63,119 nt of DNA, filler included, from Hausera hauseri (GCA_046269625.1; 10 parts of 10 records of this genome joined end to end with filler, not necessarily neighbours in it), one strand, 5' to 3'; positions 12,144-24,238 are shown, counted from the whole stretch's first letter. Numbers and translations: made by a program. Notes: generated by a model from the letters alone, not told the origin.

Positions 12144-12161
12144 ATCCCACTTCTGACACCA
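12144..12161 (-). promoter_or_regulatory. Primer-binding site complementary to the 3' end of tRNA-Leu
   Basis: Minus strand ...AACA-T-TGGTGTCAGAAGTGGGAT; matches the tRNA-Leu(CAA)-type 3' end ATCCCACTTCTGACACCA. Confidence 0.9.
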
Positions 12162-12162
12162 A

Positions 12163-12384
12163 TGTTGAGAATTGAATTATATCAGAAAGGAATAAATCCA
12201 AACGATGAGAAAATAGTTAGTAACAATATATTCTGTTCAAAAAGTCGGTAACAATATTCAATTTCAATATTTCAAATCAATGTTTTTTACATTTATACAT
12301 GATTATAAACATAATTTACGTTTATACCAGATCAGACAAATAAGAGCTGCTAACAACAAGAACAAAATTGTAAAAGTATGAGAT
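12163..12384 (-). mobile_element. 3' part of an LTR, truncated by the contig end
   Basis: Ends in CA just before the PBS. Shares colinear motifs aataaa(a)tcca, cggtaacaa and tatttcaaa(a)tcaat with the LTR at 22888-23422. Confidence 0.75.
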
Positions 12385-12484
12385 NNNNNNNNNNNNNNNN
12401 NNNNNNNNNNNNNNNNNNNNNNNNNNNNTTAATTAATTAANNNNNNNNNNNNNNNNNNNNNNNNNNNNNNNNNNNNNNNNNNNN
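12385..12484. other. Artificial contig spacer
   Basis: Ns plus TTAATTAATTAA. Confidence 0.99.
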
Positions 12485-12633
12485 TCTTTAGGGATGACTG
12501 ATTTATAGCGGCACAACAATTCATAAAATCGACAATAAGATTCAGAAGAGAAATTAGTTTCGACATGAGGTGGAAATTCGGCATACTTATAAGGCTTTTC
12601 TTCAATAGTTGTAGAAGAAGGAAATACTTATAG

Positions 12634-12879
12634 TTATACTTTATAAGTATTTCCTAAAGTGGTAAAAGCATGAAGCTTGACGGACGTCGGTGCATTATTT
12701 GCTATTCTGATCGGTACACGACCGAAGTGTACTCTTGCTAGTATGTTACTAAGTAATATATTCGAATTTAATGTCTCCTTTGGTTTGAAATTTACCAGTT
12801 GATTGTCATCTTGTTGAACTTGAGCATAGATTATTATCTCTGTTCTTGGTGGAATGTTTTCATCGACTGGTATCCACAC
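12634..12879 (-). pseudogene. Gypsy pol linker (degenerate dUTPase-like segment between protease and RT)
   Basis: IPPRTEIII...VPIRIANNAPTSVKLHAFTTLG pattern directly after the protease. Confidence 0.55.
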
Positions 12880-12899
12880 TTCTCAAAATTTCCTATCCT

Positions 12900-13270
12900 T
12901 AGCGTTTTTATGCCTTTGTCTGTACTGATTTCTATTAGTATTCCTGTTTGCAAGTCGATTGCTATATTTGGTAGTCTTTTTAGTAGATCATATCCTAAAA
13001 CTATGTCGTCAGTTAATTGTTCCATAATTGCAAATTCGTGATGGAAAAATTGTTTAAATATTTGAACTTCTGGGTTCCATTTAAACATTGGTTTCGACAT
13101 TTGGCCAAAAGCTCCTGTACTTCCTAGGTCTTTTGTAGATGGTGGGTATAACTGTCCTCTCAGCGTTTGATGTATTGAATCATTTTTAATGTAGGACACC
13201 TCAGAATCTGTATCGATTAATGCTTAAACTTCCCAATCTTCAAGAATGATTTTGGCGAAAGGTCTTCCTT
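12900..13270 (-). pseudogene. Retropepsin remnant
   Basis: GRPFAKIILEDWEV*ALIDTDSEVSYI...HEFAIMEQLTDDIVLGYDLL; catalytic DTG changed to DTD. Confidence 0.8.
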
Positions 13271-13781
13271 CAATTACTGCTCCAAAACAGTTTGATGCAA
13301 CTTTTGGGCGTTTAGTCGCCGATATTTTATGTCCGTTGATTCGGATTTCTGTAGAGGAAACTATATTTTCCAACAGTTGTTTTAATTCTCCGTTTGGATA
13401 AAATTCATTTTTTTCTATGTTCAATTTTTCCGTTTCATGTGTACTAATTAATGGTTCTCGATTGTTAGTGTGTGGTTCTATATTCTCGAAGGTTTTTAAC
13501 CTTGGACTTTCCCAGACAGTTGATCTAGTTTTTATATTCCGAGGTTCTCTAGGGGAATGCAATATTCTGTGGTCGTTGAGGGGCTGTCGATAATACATTT
13601 TCCGTAGGACTCAGTAACGTTTTGTTCCTTCATAAGGGTCTTCTAAACTAATTGTCCTTTTATAGATTTGTGTCTTATATAAACTCATTGATCGTTTGTC
13701 ACAGTCTTTATAGACTGGCGCGGTAGGGGGTAGCACAAGCAATGTTGCTTTAATGACCGAATACGTCTTATGTCTGTTTGT

Positions 13782-15775
13782 TCATGAAAGTACTTTTCCT
13801 CCTTTAGGCTCGTTATCATTTGAATTATTTCGTCGCGTATTAGGTTTTGTAAATTTCCGCTTGTACAAAAACATAGGCCTTCCTTTTCGTTTGCGATTAT
13901 GATAACCGAAATGACGTTCTTCGTCTGATTTCCATCTATTTTCTTCGTATGCCTTTAAAAACTTTCCAAAACGAGTAATGACTGCAGTCAGCATTTTACA
14001 TGAAAATCCGGTTAATGTAAATATTTCACAGCCATTTATTACTGCTTGAATGACGGCCTTAATCATTTGTATTAGGAAATATATTTCTAAGAATCCGGAT
14101 GCGACTTGGCCAAAAATCAAAAATCTTCCCCAAATTTTGTAGAGTATTTCTGTGGTTACTCGCTGATAATGGTTTACGCCAAGTAATGATTCCCATTTAG
14201 CTTGGTATCGAGTGTCATCCACTACAGAGGCCATGGCTCGATTTATTTCATGGGTCCGTTGTCGCGGAAAAGCGAGAATTTGTCCGAAAGCTTCAAGTTC
14301 CTTAGGTCAATATATGCCTTTTAACGATGTGTCTTAAAATTTGTCGTCTGTAATTCCTTTTTCGAGATTTGTTCCTGTTAATTTATTTGGTGCGGCAGTA
14401 ATACCTCCATGTGGCAGACTAACTAAATCCGTTTCACTACGTCTAAACACGGGTTCTCCTAAGCTTGCTTTACAATCCTTAAGGATTGTCGGTTCAGTTG
14501 CATTGTCTAATTGTACTCTAGTGAGTGGTATAGCTAACCTTGGAGTACTCTGGTAAATAACAGGAAGCTTCTGTATGCAAAGTTTTTCTTCAACGTTGAT
14601 TGGTACATCCCTTTTCTCACATTCGTAAGTCAATAGAACTTCACTTTTAACTCGACCGAAGATTCCTTCTCTCATAGGAATTATTGGGGATGCAAACTTA
14701 GGATTAGCGTAAATAAGAGCCAGTTTTGTCCTCATAATTTCCATATCCAATTTACAATCATGTGTTATCATTTTATGATATAATTCAGTTATTCCGACCT
14801 GCCCTTTGTAATAGAAATAATCGTCTCTGTTTTTCAGGTAGTCCTCAATCCGAATGTCTAGCGTTTCTAACTTGTAAGCCTTAGCATTTATTTCTGTCTC
14901 GGCGATGAAAAGCGCCTTATAGTTAGTAGCGAACATCACTACTTCACAACGAGAAATCATTTCTTTTTTAATAAATTTTAGCCCATGCTGATCAGAAATT
15001 AATACAGTAGGTGTAGGATGTTCTGATATGTCGTCGTGTGTTTATGAATTGGTATTAGATTTATCCGCATATCGCCTTCCGGTAGTTTTATTAAACTTTA
15101 ATTCCTTAATTTTGATAAAATTAGCCTCTTCCAGAGGGAGGTTCCCAGATTATAACAGAACTTCTAAAAGCACAAGTTCCGTCTTGTAAGTGACATTTTT
15201 GATTCTCGGTATATAGTTTGGTGACAATATGGAACATTACTTTCTGTGTTCGCATCTCTGATTCATAAAAATCCACGACCACTACGTTTGCTTGTAATCT
15301 TTTTCCAGTGACGTATTCCGCTCCGTTACAATGTCCGTTATGCACGCCTAACCTTCCGACCACTTCCTTGTATGCTCTAATTATCTTTCTTGATAGCATT
15401 TTCAATTCCATACTATCCCATTGTACTCTTCCGTTCTCTTTAGCCTGTTTGCAGTGCTGGCGTTATAAGTTCATCGGAATTGGAGGGGTTGTTGGTTTAA
15501 TTATTGAAGACTGTCCGTGCATTAGTCCACAGTGAAAAATGCTACGAGATCTTTCAGCATACATTCCATTCCATCTAATGATATCAATTCTTGTTGTTGG
15601 TACAAAAAATAATTTTTCTCTCTCGTTTCTAACCTGTGCGGTCTGACATCTTCGCACACTTCCAAATCTATTGGGGAATATTTCTGCCTTAGTTTAAACT
15701 TATCGTATTCGTATACGGTAACAGCGCCTATGTGTTTTATTAGCATCATCAAGGTGAGTAAGCTGATAAGCCAAT
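13782..15775 (-). pseudogene. Chuvirus-like / gB-type (class III) envelope glycoprotein, fragmented
   Basis: Internal signal peptide WLISLLTLMMLIKHIGA, then IFHCGLMH, CNGAEY, CxxxxGxC..IIWEPP, DCKLDMEIM, EVLLTYEC, CIQKLPV, PLTRV, and a TM region FGQVASGFLEIYFLIQMIK..INGCEIFTLTGFS. Confidence 0.75.
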
Positions 15776-16436
15776 TTGTTTCATTTTTCTGGTTACTACT
15801 ATCTGTCGTTGTTAAATTATGTAGCATGCCTTCAAGCCTATTGTAATTTCCGGACCGTTTATTTTCTTCTTTTTCGAATATTCTTAACCAATTTACTTCG
15901 TAGGGTAGCTTTTTTGCCGCTGTTTGTGATAAGCTTGTAGCTCTATTAATTTCCTTCTCTCGATTAGGGGTTATTTTGATAGCTAAGTACAGTAAAAGTT
16001 TTCTCAGTTCTTCAATGGTGTTTTCCACCATGATCTTCTCGACTACCGAGTCATCGGTTAAGTTTCTTTTTGATAATTTGAAACGTGAACTCCTCGTCAT
16101 CCTAGCTGCATCGAATATCTCTTTCTCTCTATCATCTAATGTGTCGCCTTGGAGGCTTGAACAATTTACAATGCGTATTAAATTCTTCATTGTCTGTGTT
16201 GAGGGTAGGTATCGACATCTGTTTCAATTCTCTAATCAATTCCCCATTATAGTCAACTTCTTGTGTCTTCTTATGCCTACCGACTGGGCGTTTCGGCCTT
16301 GGGACATTGGCTATTATTTCACTCAGTGGCACTAAATTCTTATCGTATTGTTCCTTGTACTCATCCGTTTGTAAATACTCGAAATACATTGCAGCATCTC
16401 GGACTCCCATGATTTGTTCTACGCATTGTTCCGTCT
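15776..16436 (-). pseudogene. Unidentified helical/charged domain fused N-terminally to the glycoprotein (possible gag C-terminus)
   Basis: ORF 15522..16190 runs in frame into the glycoprotein signal peptide; ORF 16132..16410 overlaps it by a frameshift. Confidence 0.4.
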
Positions 16437-16536
16437 NNNNNNNNNNNNNNNNNNNNNNNNNNNNNNNNNNNNNNNNNNNNTTAATTAATTAANNNNNNNN
16501 NNNNNNNNNNNNNNNNNNNNNNNNNNNNNNNNNNNN
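16437..16536. other. Artificial contig spacer
   Basis: Ns plus TTAATTAATTAA. Confidence 0.99.
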
Positions 16537-17170
16537 GGACAAGAGGTATGAACGAATTGTTGTAAACTTGCGGGTAGTTGTTGGAATGTTGTAACTGATG
16601 ATGAACCGAGGTTTCTAGCAATACTTGGTATATGATGATTAGTTGTTGATGAGGAATCAAGTGGAGCCTGTAGTAGGATGGTCTGGTCCGGAACCGTGTT
16701 TGAGTAAGTGCTATTGTTCAGTGATTGTACAGAAAATACCAGATTGTTATTGGAATTAGAACGAAGTACCGAGTGTTTTAAAATAGATGGCTTATTTAAT
16801 GTAGACTGTGTTGTCGTTGTAATTCTGTCTATATTTGTGTTATGGTTTACAGATGTATTTGCTTTTAGACAACGTCGGTTAAAATCAACTAGTAAATTAT
16901 AGTGTGAAAGGAAATATGGGCCAAGTATTGCAGTCTGCACGTTAGCGACTGTAAATGTCCAATGAAATGACGAGGAAAAGTTTTGTAGAGTGAAAGATAG
17001 TTTGCAGGTTCCGGCAATACGAAGACCTTGACCAAATGCAGTGTATAAAGGTTTTATTTTAGTTAAAGAATGTTGAACCGGAAAAGAAAGTAGGAGTAGT
17101 GAGATAGCTGCACCCGTATCGATTAGAAAATCTATGGATTGAATGTTAGGATTAGAGATAGCAGCTTTTA
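16537..17170 (-). pseudogene. Retropepsin plus Ser/Thr-rich linker of a CsRn1-like element
   Basis: DFLIDTGAAISLL, FHWTFTVANVQTAILGPYFLSHYNLLVDF. Confidence 0.85.
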
Positions 17171-17319
17171 ATGTGAAAACTGCAAATGAAGAGTGTCGGC
17201 AAAAGGAATTAGATAGATTGCCTTTGTCAGGATCTACCGCGAATACTAGAGGCGAAATCAGTATTTTTGTATTGGTGAGTTAGAACGGTTACTATTAGAG
17301 ATGTTGGGACGTCTATCCA

Positions 17320-18330
17320 TCGAGTAGTTTTTGCTAGTTTTGTAGGCACAGCCAGAAGTACAACTCCGAGCACTAGATCCGAATTTTGCATGATAGATGC
17401 AAATTATATTACTTGAATCTAGATTTGGCGAATATTTACAACCTAAGCAACATTTATTTGCGTTGTTATTAAATTTGGTTTGGTAGTAGCATACGAATGA
17501 CCTCGTAGGTGACGGTGTTCGATTTCTGGAAGGAGAACGTGTTCGATTAGACGAAGGAACATTACGACGATGTAAAGAAAGGTCATTCAATTTATCATTG
17601 ATAATGTTGATGGTGTGTTGGTGCCGCATTTTCGGCGAGTAATTGGTTTAACTGCTGTTCAAGTGTAACGCTGTTGGTAGTAACTGCTGCGTAAATGACT
17701 GGTTGAGTGTGTGCATTCAAAACCTCCTATGTTCTGTCCGTCAGTTCGGCCAATTTATCAAGTGTTGTCGATTCTTCAACGACAGTAGGCCCTAATTTGT
17801 ATGGGCAATGCGTTCAGGAAGTAGCATCGCAAAAGATCAGTGTTGTGTTGTTTAGTCACGCCAAGTGTTTGAAGTTGAGCGAGTGACGCTCTGAGGAAAT
17901 CAGATGGTTTTATCGTCCCCATAGCATTGTCGTTGAAGAAACGATGAATTATTGAGTCCATAGATGGTTCCGTAAGCTTTAAAACGGCGTTGTAAAGATG
18001 CGTGTATGGATCGGGTTTCTGGAAGATATCTAACAAATCATGAATGGCCGTTTTTACAGTTGTTGGTAAAAGACAAAGCAGGTTATGGGCTTTAATTAGC
18101 GGATCAGTGGTGTTGTTAGATTGCAGCCAAAGTTTGTGAAAGCTAAGCCACGTTTTGTTGGACTGCTCGTGGTCAATAAAATACTCCGTGCACTGAGAAA
18201 TGTGTTTGACTGACGAGGTTGAAGAAGTATAACTACTGAAAGAAGATGGCGTGGTAACAATAGACGATTTTTGGTTCAACGCAAAATGAGATGTTTTGGA
18301 GGTAGTTTTGTCACTGGTGTTAATGGTAGG
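17320..18330 (-). pseudogene. CsRn1-like gag remnant with two CHCC-type motifs
   Basis: KTWLSFHKLWL, DPYTHLYNAVL, KPSDFLR, FLNALPIQIR, CYYQTKFNNNANKCCLGC, CIYHAKFGSSARSCTSGC. Confidence 0.85.
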
Positions 18331-18715
18331 TGAAGATTATCATTCCACCACGTATGCGAATGTGTATGTGAATGATGATGCAATGGCTTGAAGGTACAGA
18401 AAGGTTACGAAGGTTGGCGCTAGTTATTGGTAGATTATTGTACGTAAGATAAAAGTCAGATGTTGGCAACGTGTAGTATGTAGTTGTGTAAGTAGGATGC
18501 GTCTATGAAATGTGTTATTCTGTGTGTAAATAAATGGTGATTATTTAGAAAGAATAAAAACGAAAGAGTCGGTGTAAACACAATTGGTTGGAGTGGTGAC
18601 GAAACACACCATGGTGTGGGACTCATTGACTCAGGACAAAAGGTTAAGTGGTTAATCATGCTATGGTTTGTTTGTAACTCAAGAGTATGAGATGACTGGA
18701 CCACTTCATTAATTT

Positions 18716-19019
18716 CTGTGGCCATCATCTAGTTCACGAATTCTTGCGAGTGCAAGATATCTCGAAAAACTATGTCGTGGACAAAGAATAAAGTGAAACA
18801 ACGGTTGAATGGAATAGACGAAAATTGTGATCTGAAGAATAGAGAAAAGAGTGTTTTGCTTAATGATTTAGGATTCCAAGGGCAGCACGAGTCATGCCGG
18901 AATAATAGCAATGTGTCATCAAAAGACGTCTTCACTAGATAACAATTGTAGGTCAAATATTCGAGACGATCAAAAACGGGCGGAATCATTAATAAAGAGA
19001 AAAGGTAATGCTGCCAACA
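18716..19019 (-). mobile_element. Possible degenerate short LTR plus tRNA-Trp-like PBS belonging to the CsRn1-like element
   Basis: Minus strand starts TGTTGGCAGC and ends GAACTAGA-TGATGGCCACAG, which resembles ACTACA-TGGTGACC with several mismatches. Confidence 0.3.
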
Positions 19020-19269
19020 TGGACCGGTAACTACTTAAAAAAATTGAAGTAGCCAATAGAAATTACAATACCCAAACTTTGGCCAGCTTCTATTCTCTTT
19101 ACCTCAGCGTAAATATTGACGGTATTCTTACAGAAAACGGCCAATGTCGTGGAATTATGATTCGAAAAGTGCATAAATAGGGATATGATCAAATAAATAA
19201 CGCCGCGCCGTAGGTCTAGTGCTTCAGGTAATTCCTTGTGGAAAAAACGCGGAAAAGTTTGAATGGTCT

Positions 19270-20400
19270 TAGATCGTCAATTCGGAAATTCTTGTGTGAT
19301 ACTTAGCAGAGCCACATGGGGATTTATAATCGTAACAGTTCGAGTATTCACGACTCCAACAAAACCTCGTTTATATTCGTCATATTTGGCTTTACAATCA
19401 ATAAGAGAAAATACGACAATTTCCGATTGATTATTTTCGTCCGTTTGTGACTTTGATATTAAATTTACAAGCTCGCCAATTTTTTCTACCGATACTAAGA
19501 ATGTACAATGTTGCCCTACTAATTGATCTTCATTCAGAAAGGGTTCTATATCTATGATAGTATTGTTCAATGAAACAAGATCGGGTATCGGGAAAAGTAA
19601 AGCATTCTGTAAAGCAAACGGACTACTCTTGTCAACACCGCAATACTGTTCGATTTTACTAAATTTCTCGTTTATCAACAAGGCAAACGCACATGACGCC
19701 TGCACATGATATGTGATCCTTTGGTAAATTCACATCTACGGCAACATAGAACACAGATACCACGTCGCCAATATGAAATGATGAACATCATCTCTGAATA
19801 ATCCGAATTTCCCCACGACGTAATGTTTATCAAATCACTCACAAAATCTCGTAAAGAAAAACTGAATACTCCACTAAATTGCGTACTATTCGACTGATTA
19901 TAATTAAGTATAATTTTGATGTGACTTTTTGTTACGATTAAATTTCTAACTTTTACGGAATAGTTAAATAAGTTTATAATCTGTTCCGTCAACATTCGAT
20001 TATTACCAACGGTAGATGGAGATTTGGATGTGAACCCACATAAAGGAAGTAGCTTTTCACTGACACCTTGATTTTGACAAATGACAAACAGTAGGCACAT
20101 TGTAAAAGATGTACCGTAATCATTAATCGGTTTGTTTTCGACGAATTCTACAGACCGGAATATGGTTTTAAAAAATGGTTTAAGCAGGGTTGTGAACACG
20201 TAATTGGATATTCCACAACGAATGGTATGTACTAAACGCTTATATGAACATACAGCAAGTCCAAAACTACTTTTGCGACCATGTAAACAAGATTCAGGTA
20301 TTTCCCTACTTACAAAACCAAGGGAAGGCGATGCTGTGTCAACTGTATAATGGACAAAGAAGTAGGGGAAAAGTGGGTAAAAAAATATCATGAATAAAAA
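19270..20400 (-). pseudogene. CLEC16A: Decayed fragment of a CLEC16A-like (GOP-1/Ema) gene
   Basis: KPFFKTIF..NDYGTSFTMCLLFVICQNQGVS..NRMLTEQIINLFN resembles RPFLDMVY..DDYHALFVLCLLYAMSHNKGM..NHPLAERLIRIMN. DLVSLNN lies downstream. Frameshifted. Confidence 0.6.
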
Positions 20401-20464
20401 ATGTATAAAAAATATTCACCAACCGAACAATGCATAATGGTGAATCTCACCTCATCGTGTACAG

Positions 20465-21975
20465 GTTTCTCCATGATCGGTGGTAGCATGTTGTATTGTG
20501 GAGACTGCAAATCGATGTTTTGCAAGTCAACCGCGTCATCTTACTGGTGATCTGTCCGAATTCGAGTTGTAACTTATGGAATACCTCAGAGGCCAAATCT
20601 GATCGATTCTTTCGAATTTAAAGTATACCTAGTAGAAACGCCGATTCTAAATCGTTGATTCGATCGACAGTGTCGCTGATGTTAAGTGCCATAGACAGAC
20701 AATGCTGGATATCGTCGGCCGATAGAACGGTGAGATCAATATCGAATGTACCATTAATCATACAAATTAAAAATCCGCATTTGACAAAGAAGGTAACAAG
20801 ACACATCTTTTATATCAGTATTCGATAGATATTCTTTAAGTCTATCCGAATCTCCCCCATTATTATAATTGGATAATTTCACATTACTTAAAAAATTTTT
20901 TGAAATCAGATGAATAAATAATCTGTAACGGATTAGCGCACAACGTAGACTCAATGTTTGTAACTGATGAGTCATCACAGACGAATTTATTAACTAACTT
21001 TGATTGAAACTTTTGTAATGGATTTGTAATTCCTGCATCTCTTCCAAAAATAATCATTGACGAAACAGAGAGATATTGAGAAGTTGCCATATCAACAATA
21101 AATAGACATGGTACGTTAATGAAAATGCTTATTGTAGAAGATGTTTCCGAATAAAATATCATTTCAATTTCATAGAAATTAATACGGCAAACCGAAACAG
21201 TTTTTTTGTTATCAAACTGGCAGATTCAATTTTCAGACAATCATTAAATACCTGAATAGAAAATAAATATTTTAAGTCTTTCCAGTTACAGGAGGTATTG
21301 AAAACCACTTCATAAATCGTGGAATCCGACTGTTCTAATCCGATTGTAGGTTTCTGGAATTCAAGATATCGTTTTACCAATAATTTTTATTGGTCATTTG
21401 CGATCACTATTAATTCTTCAAGAAAAGCAAATCAAAGTTCAATAGTAGGCAGGAATCCCAAAGCCAAACGGTGCGAAGAAGGTCACCGGATGAAACCGAA
21501 CAAAACAAACCATTTTTTAAAGCTTCCAAAGAGATTTGTAAATTCTTTACTGATAAATTTCTTCTTTACATATTTGTCAAAAACGTACGAATCTGATTTC
21601 GGAATTTGCATGTCGGTTTGATCATGCCGAAATATGTTACTATTAAAATTACCGATTTTCAAAAACAGCTTGGCCAACAATTGGTCTTGTGTACATATTG
21701 GATCGTGATCACTGTGAATTTGGGAATATTTATTACCGATATATCGGTGAACAACGGCACATTTAACACATAATGTAACATACAAATTAATCGAACACCA
21801 TTCGGGGTTTCCGGCCCTGCATTCAACACAATTTCGATTGTAATCATTGTCGAAAATTTTATCCATGAAACTTTTCGTGTTTAAATTTAAAATGGATGAC
21901 CACTTTTGACATGATTCGACATTTCGGAAAACGATTTCCAATTCAACTGTGTTGCTGAATTTCTTCAGATTATTT
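20465..21975 (-). pseudogene. Decayed ARAP-like fragment (PH end, ArfGAP zinc finger, PH region, start of RhoGAP)
   Basis: NRNCVECRAGNPEWCSINLYVTLCVKCAVVHRYIG..SQIHS, LKIGNFNSN, KYVKKKF. LPPIMEK near 20465 resembles a RhoGAP start. The ArfGAP call is firm; ARAP is inferred. Confidence 0.65.
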
Positions 21976-22875
21976 AATGATACAATCGAATTGCTTCTTT
22001 TAAAATGAGGAGCACATCGATTTTCACTATACGTAGGTGGTCCAAATTTAAAATTGACACAACTGTCCTGAAGTAAGTTGAGATAGATTAAAGCTACATA
22101 TGTTATAGGCCATGTAAGCACATCGAACATAAACTTCAAGAGCACATTTTCTCATGTTATGCATTTTATGGTAAAAAAGCACTCAATGTGTCAAAAACTT
22201 TACTGTTTGAACAAATAAGTTTCTCGAGCCGAACAGTTGTATGCGACGTTGAATAACGACTTAAACTTTTGAGGAATGCAGCTTCAGTCTCATTCTTCCC
22301 AACTTCGTAACTCGGAGTTTTTGTTCAATAATCAAAACTTCTCTGAGTTTGGCAACAATTTTTGCGAACGATTTAGAATATAAATTGGTTAAAACTTTCA
22401 AAATTATACCATTCAGATCAGTAACAAGGCCAGGTAAATATTTTTCAAGATAATCCATTAAGACAATAATAATTTTATTTTTTTTCATTGAGCTTGCTAT
22501 GGGAAAATATATCCATGGCTGAAACTGAGTATGTAAATATATGTTCAGAATTTTCCATTTCCTGGAACTTCATTTCACGATCCAAATAATTTCGTAAAAG
22601 GTTTTCAATTTCATGCTTGGCATTTCCTCTGATACCATCAGAATAAACTTCTGCAAGTTCAAGAGTTGGTCTCAAGATCTGTAAATAGGCCAATTTGAAA
22701 TTTTCTTCTTCAATTTCATTCAGAAAATTTTCAATTATTTTACGAAGCTCCTTTGATGGAAAACGAGAAAACAATGAAGAATAATTGGATGTATATTGAC
22801 CCATAACATTTCAAAGATTAGTAACGAGTCTATCTGGTAATAAACACAGTCGAACCATATTTGTATTTCTGTATA
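21976..22875 (-). pseudogene. ACAC: Decayed central-domain fragment of acetyl-CoA carboxylase
   Basis: MGQYTSNYSSLFSRFPSK, YSDGIRG, LLRNYL, IFSHS..KKNKII, TPSYE, EKLI..KVFDTL, FYH..ALEVYVRCAYMAY are colinear with the animal ACC central region; frameshifts present. Confidence 0.9.
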
Positions 22876-22886
22876 TTCTGACACCA
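22876..22886 (-). promoter_or_regulatory. Truncated tRNA-Leu PBS (TGGTGTCAGAA)
   Basis: Same ACA-T-TGGTGTCAGAA junction as 12151-12165. Confidence 0.8.
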
Positions 22887-22887
22887 A

Positions 22888-23422
22888 TGTTTGTAGGGTT
22901 TTTTCATAATAAAATCCATTAACGCGGTAACAAAGCTTTATATTTTTTCAATTCTAAACTAATTGATTATTTCAAAATCAATATCTACAATATTTATATA
23001 TACTATACAAATATTTATATGCAGTTTTGAAAATTTTTATGGTAGAATTCGTCGAATATTTTCTTTCCGGCAGAATATCAATTCATTCCGATGTATATTT
23101 TTGTTTTTGGCCGAACATCATATTGAATCTTGACCAAAGGAATACTCAAATTCGTATTGTTATGACCCGACACGACAGTAAAATTCGTTATAATTTTTTT
23201 ATCTTGAGTAAAAGAACAATAGCATGTTTTCGACTGTAAACTCGATTGTTTGGTTGGGTTGTTATAGTTCGTATAGGACGTTCCGGGACGACGAAATAAA
23301 GCACCAAGCACATAAATTTGTCGGCGAATGAAAAACAAGTGAAAATAAAATTGTATTTACAGTTAAATAAAGAAATGAAATAAAAACGAAAGCACGATCT
23401 CGTTGTGCACAACAGCACCATA
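22888..23422 (-). mobile_element. Complete ~535-bp LTR preceded by a PPT and followed by a PBS
   Basis: Minus strand GCAAGGGGGTGA-TATGGTG (TGTGGTG variant) ... TATA-like TATATAAATA ... AAACA-T-PBS. Confidence 0.7.
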
Positions 23423-24238
23423 TCACCCCCTTGCAAAGTCAGTTTTTTCAGGCGGGGTCCAACGTGAGTCTTCTGGTGACCAACACGTCGGTGGATTGTA
23501 ACCGAGAAGACGAAATACGTTCGGCAGGAATTCTTCGACTTCTCTCCAATAGGACGATGCAATGTCGATGAAGCTCACAATGGCAGCGCCGTATATTTCG
23601 GTATCGCCACGTGATGCAATATACGTAGTTAAAAACAGTGCACGGTCCTTTTCTTTCCAATTGATTTGGAGATTTTGTGAATAACTATGTAATGAACTCT
23701 CGATGTAGACCGCAAAATGTTACAATAATTCTTTCTTGGATGAGCTTACTAAGTGTTTTGATCATGGTTGAAAATAATAAAATTAATCAGTATACAAATT
23801 CAGCAGACGAAGAAATTGCTACTCCTAACTAGGTTTTATCAGATAGTGCTTTACCATCGCAAACTGTGTATTCAGCATTCAATAATCAATTTATTATGCC
23901 GAATAATTGTTTTAGTTCTTATGTTTTACCCGTTACGCTATTAAATAATAAAAACAATTACATATTTTACAACAGTTCCATTATTACAGATTTAGACCTG
24001 GTTCAGAAGAGTATTGTCGTGTTAACTTAGTTGGAAATTCCAAGGCAGCAAAATACCTGAAATACGGGTATAAATACAATTACTCTTCAAAAATTCGATC
24101 GCCTTCAAGAATTATATAATCGTTTTCCACTTTTGAACAAACTGCTGGTTAAACGAACATACTAGAAATCTTTTGAGTATCGACAGAATTTTACAGGAGT
24201 CGGACATGTTGCACAGACTTAAAGAAAAACGACTTTGC

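Noticed and set aside
12143-12161. tRNA-Leu gene
   Set aside because: Only the 3' 18-19 nt including CCA are present, next to an LTR end. This is a PBS, not a tRNA gene.
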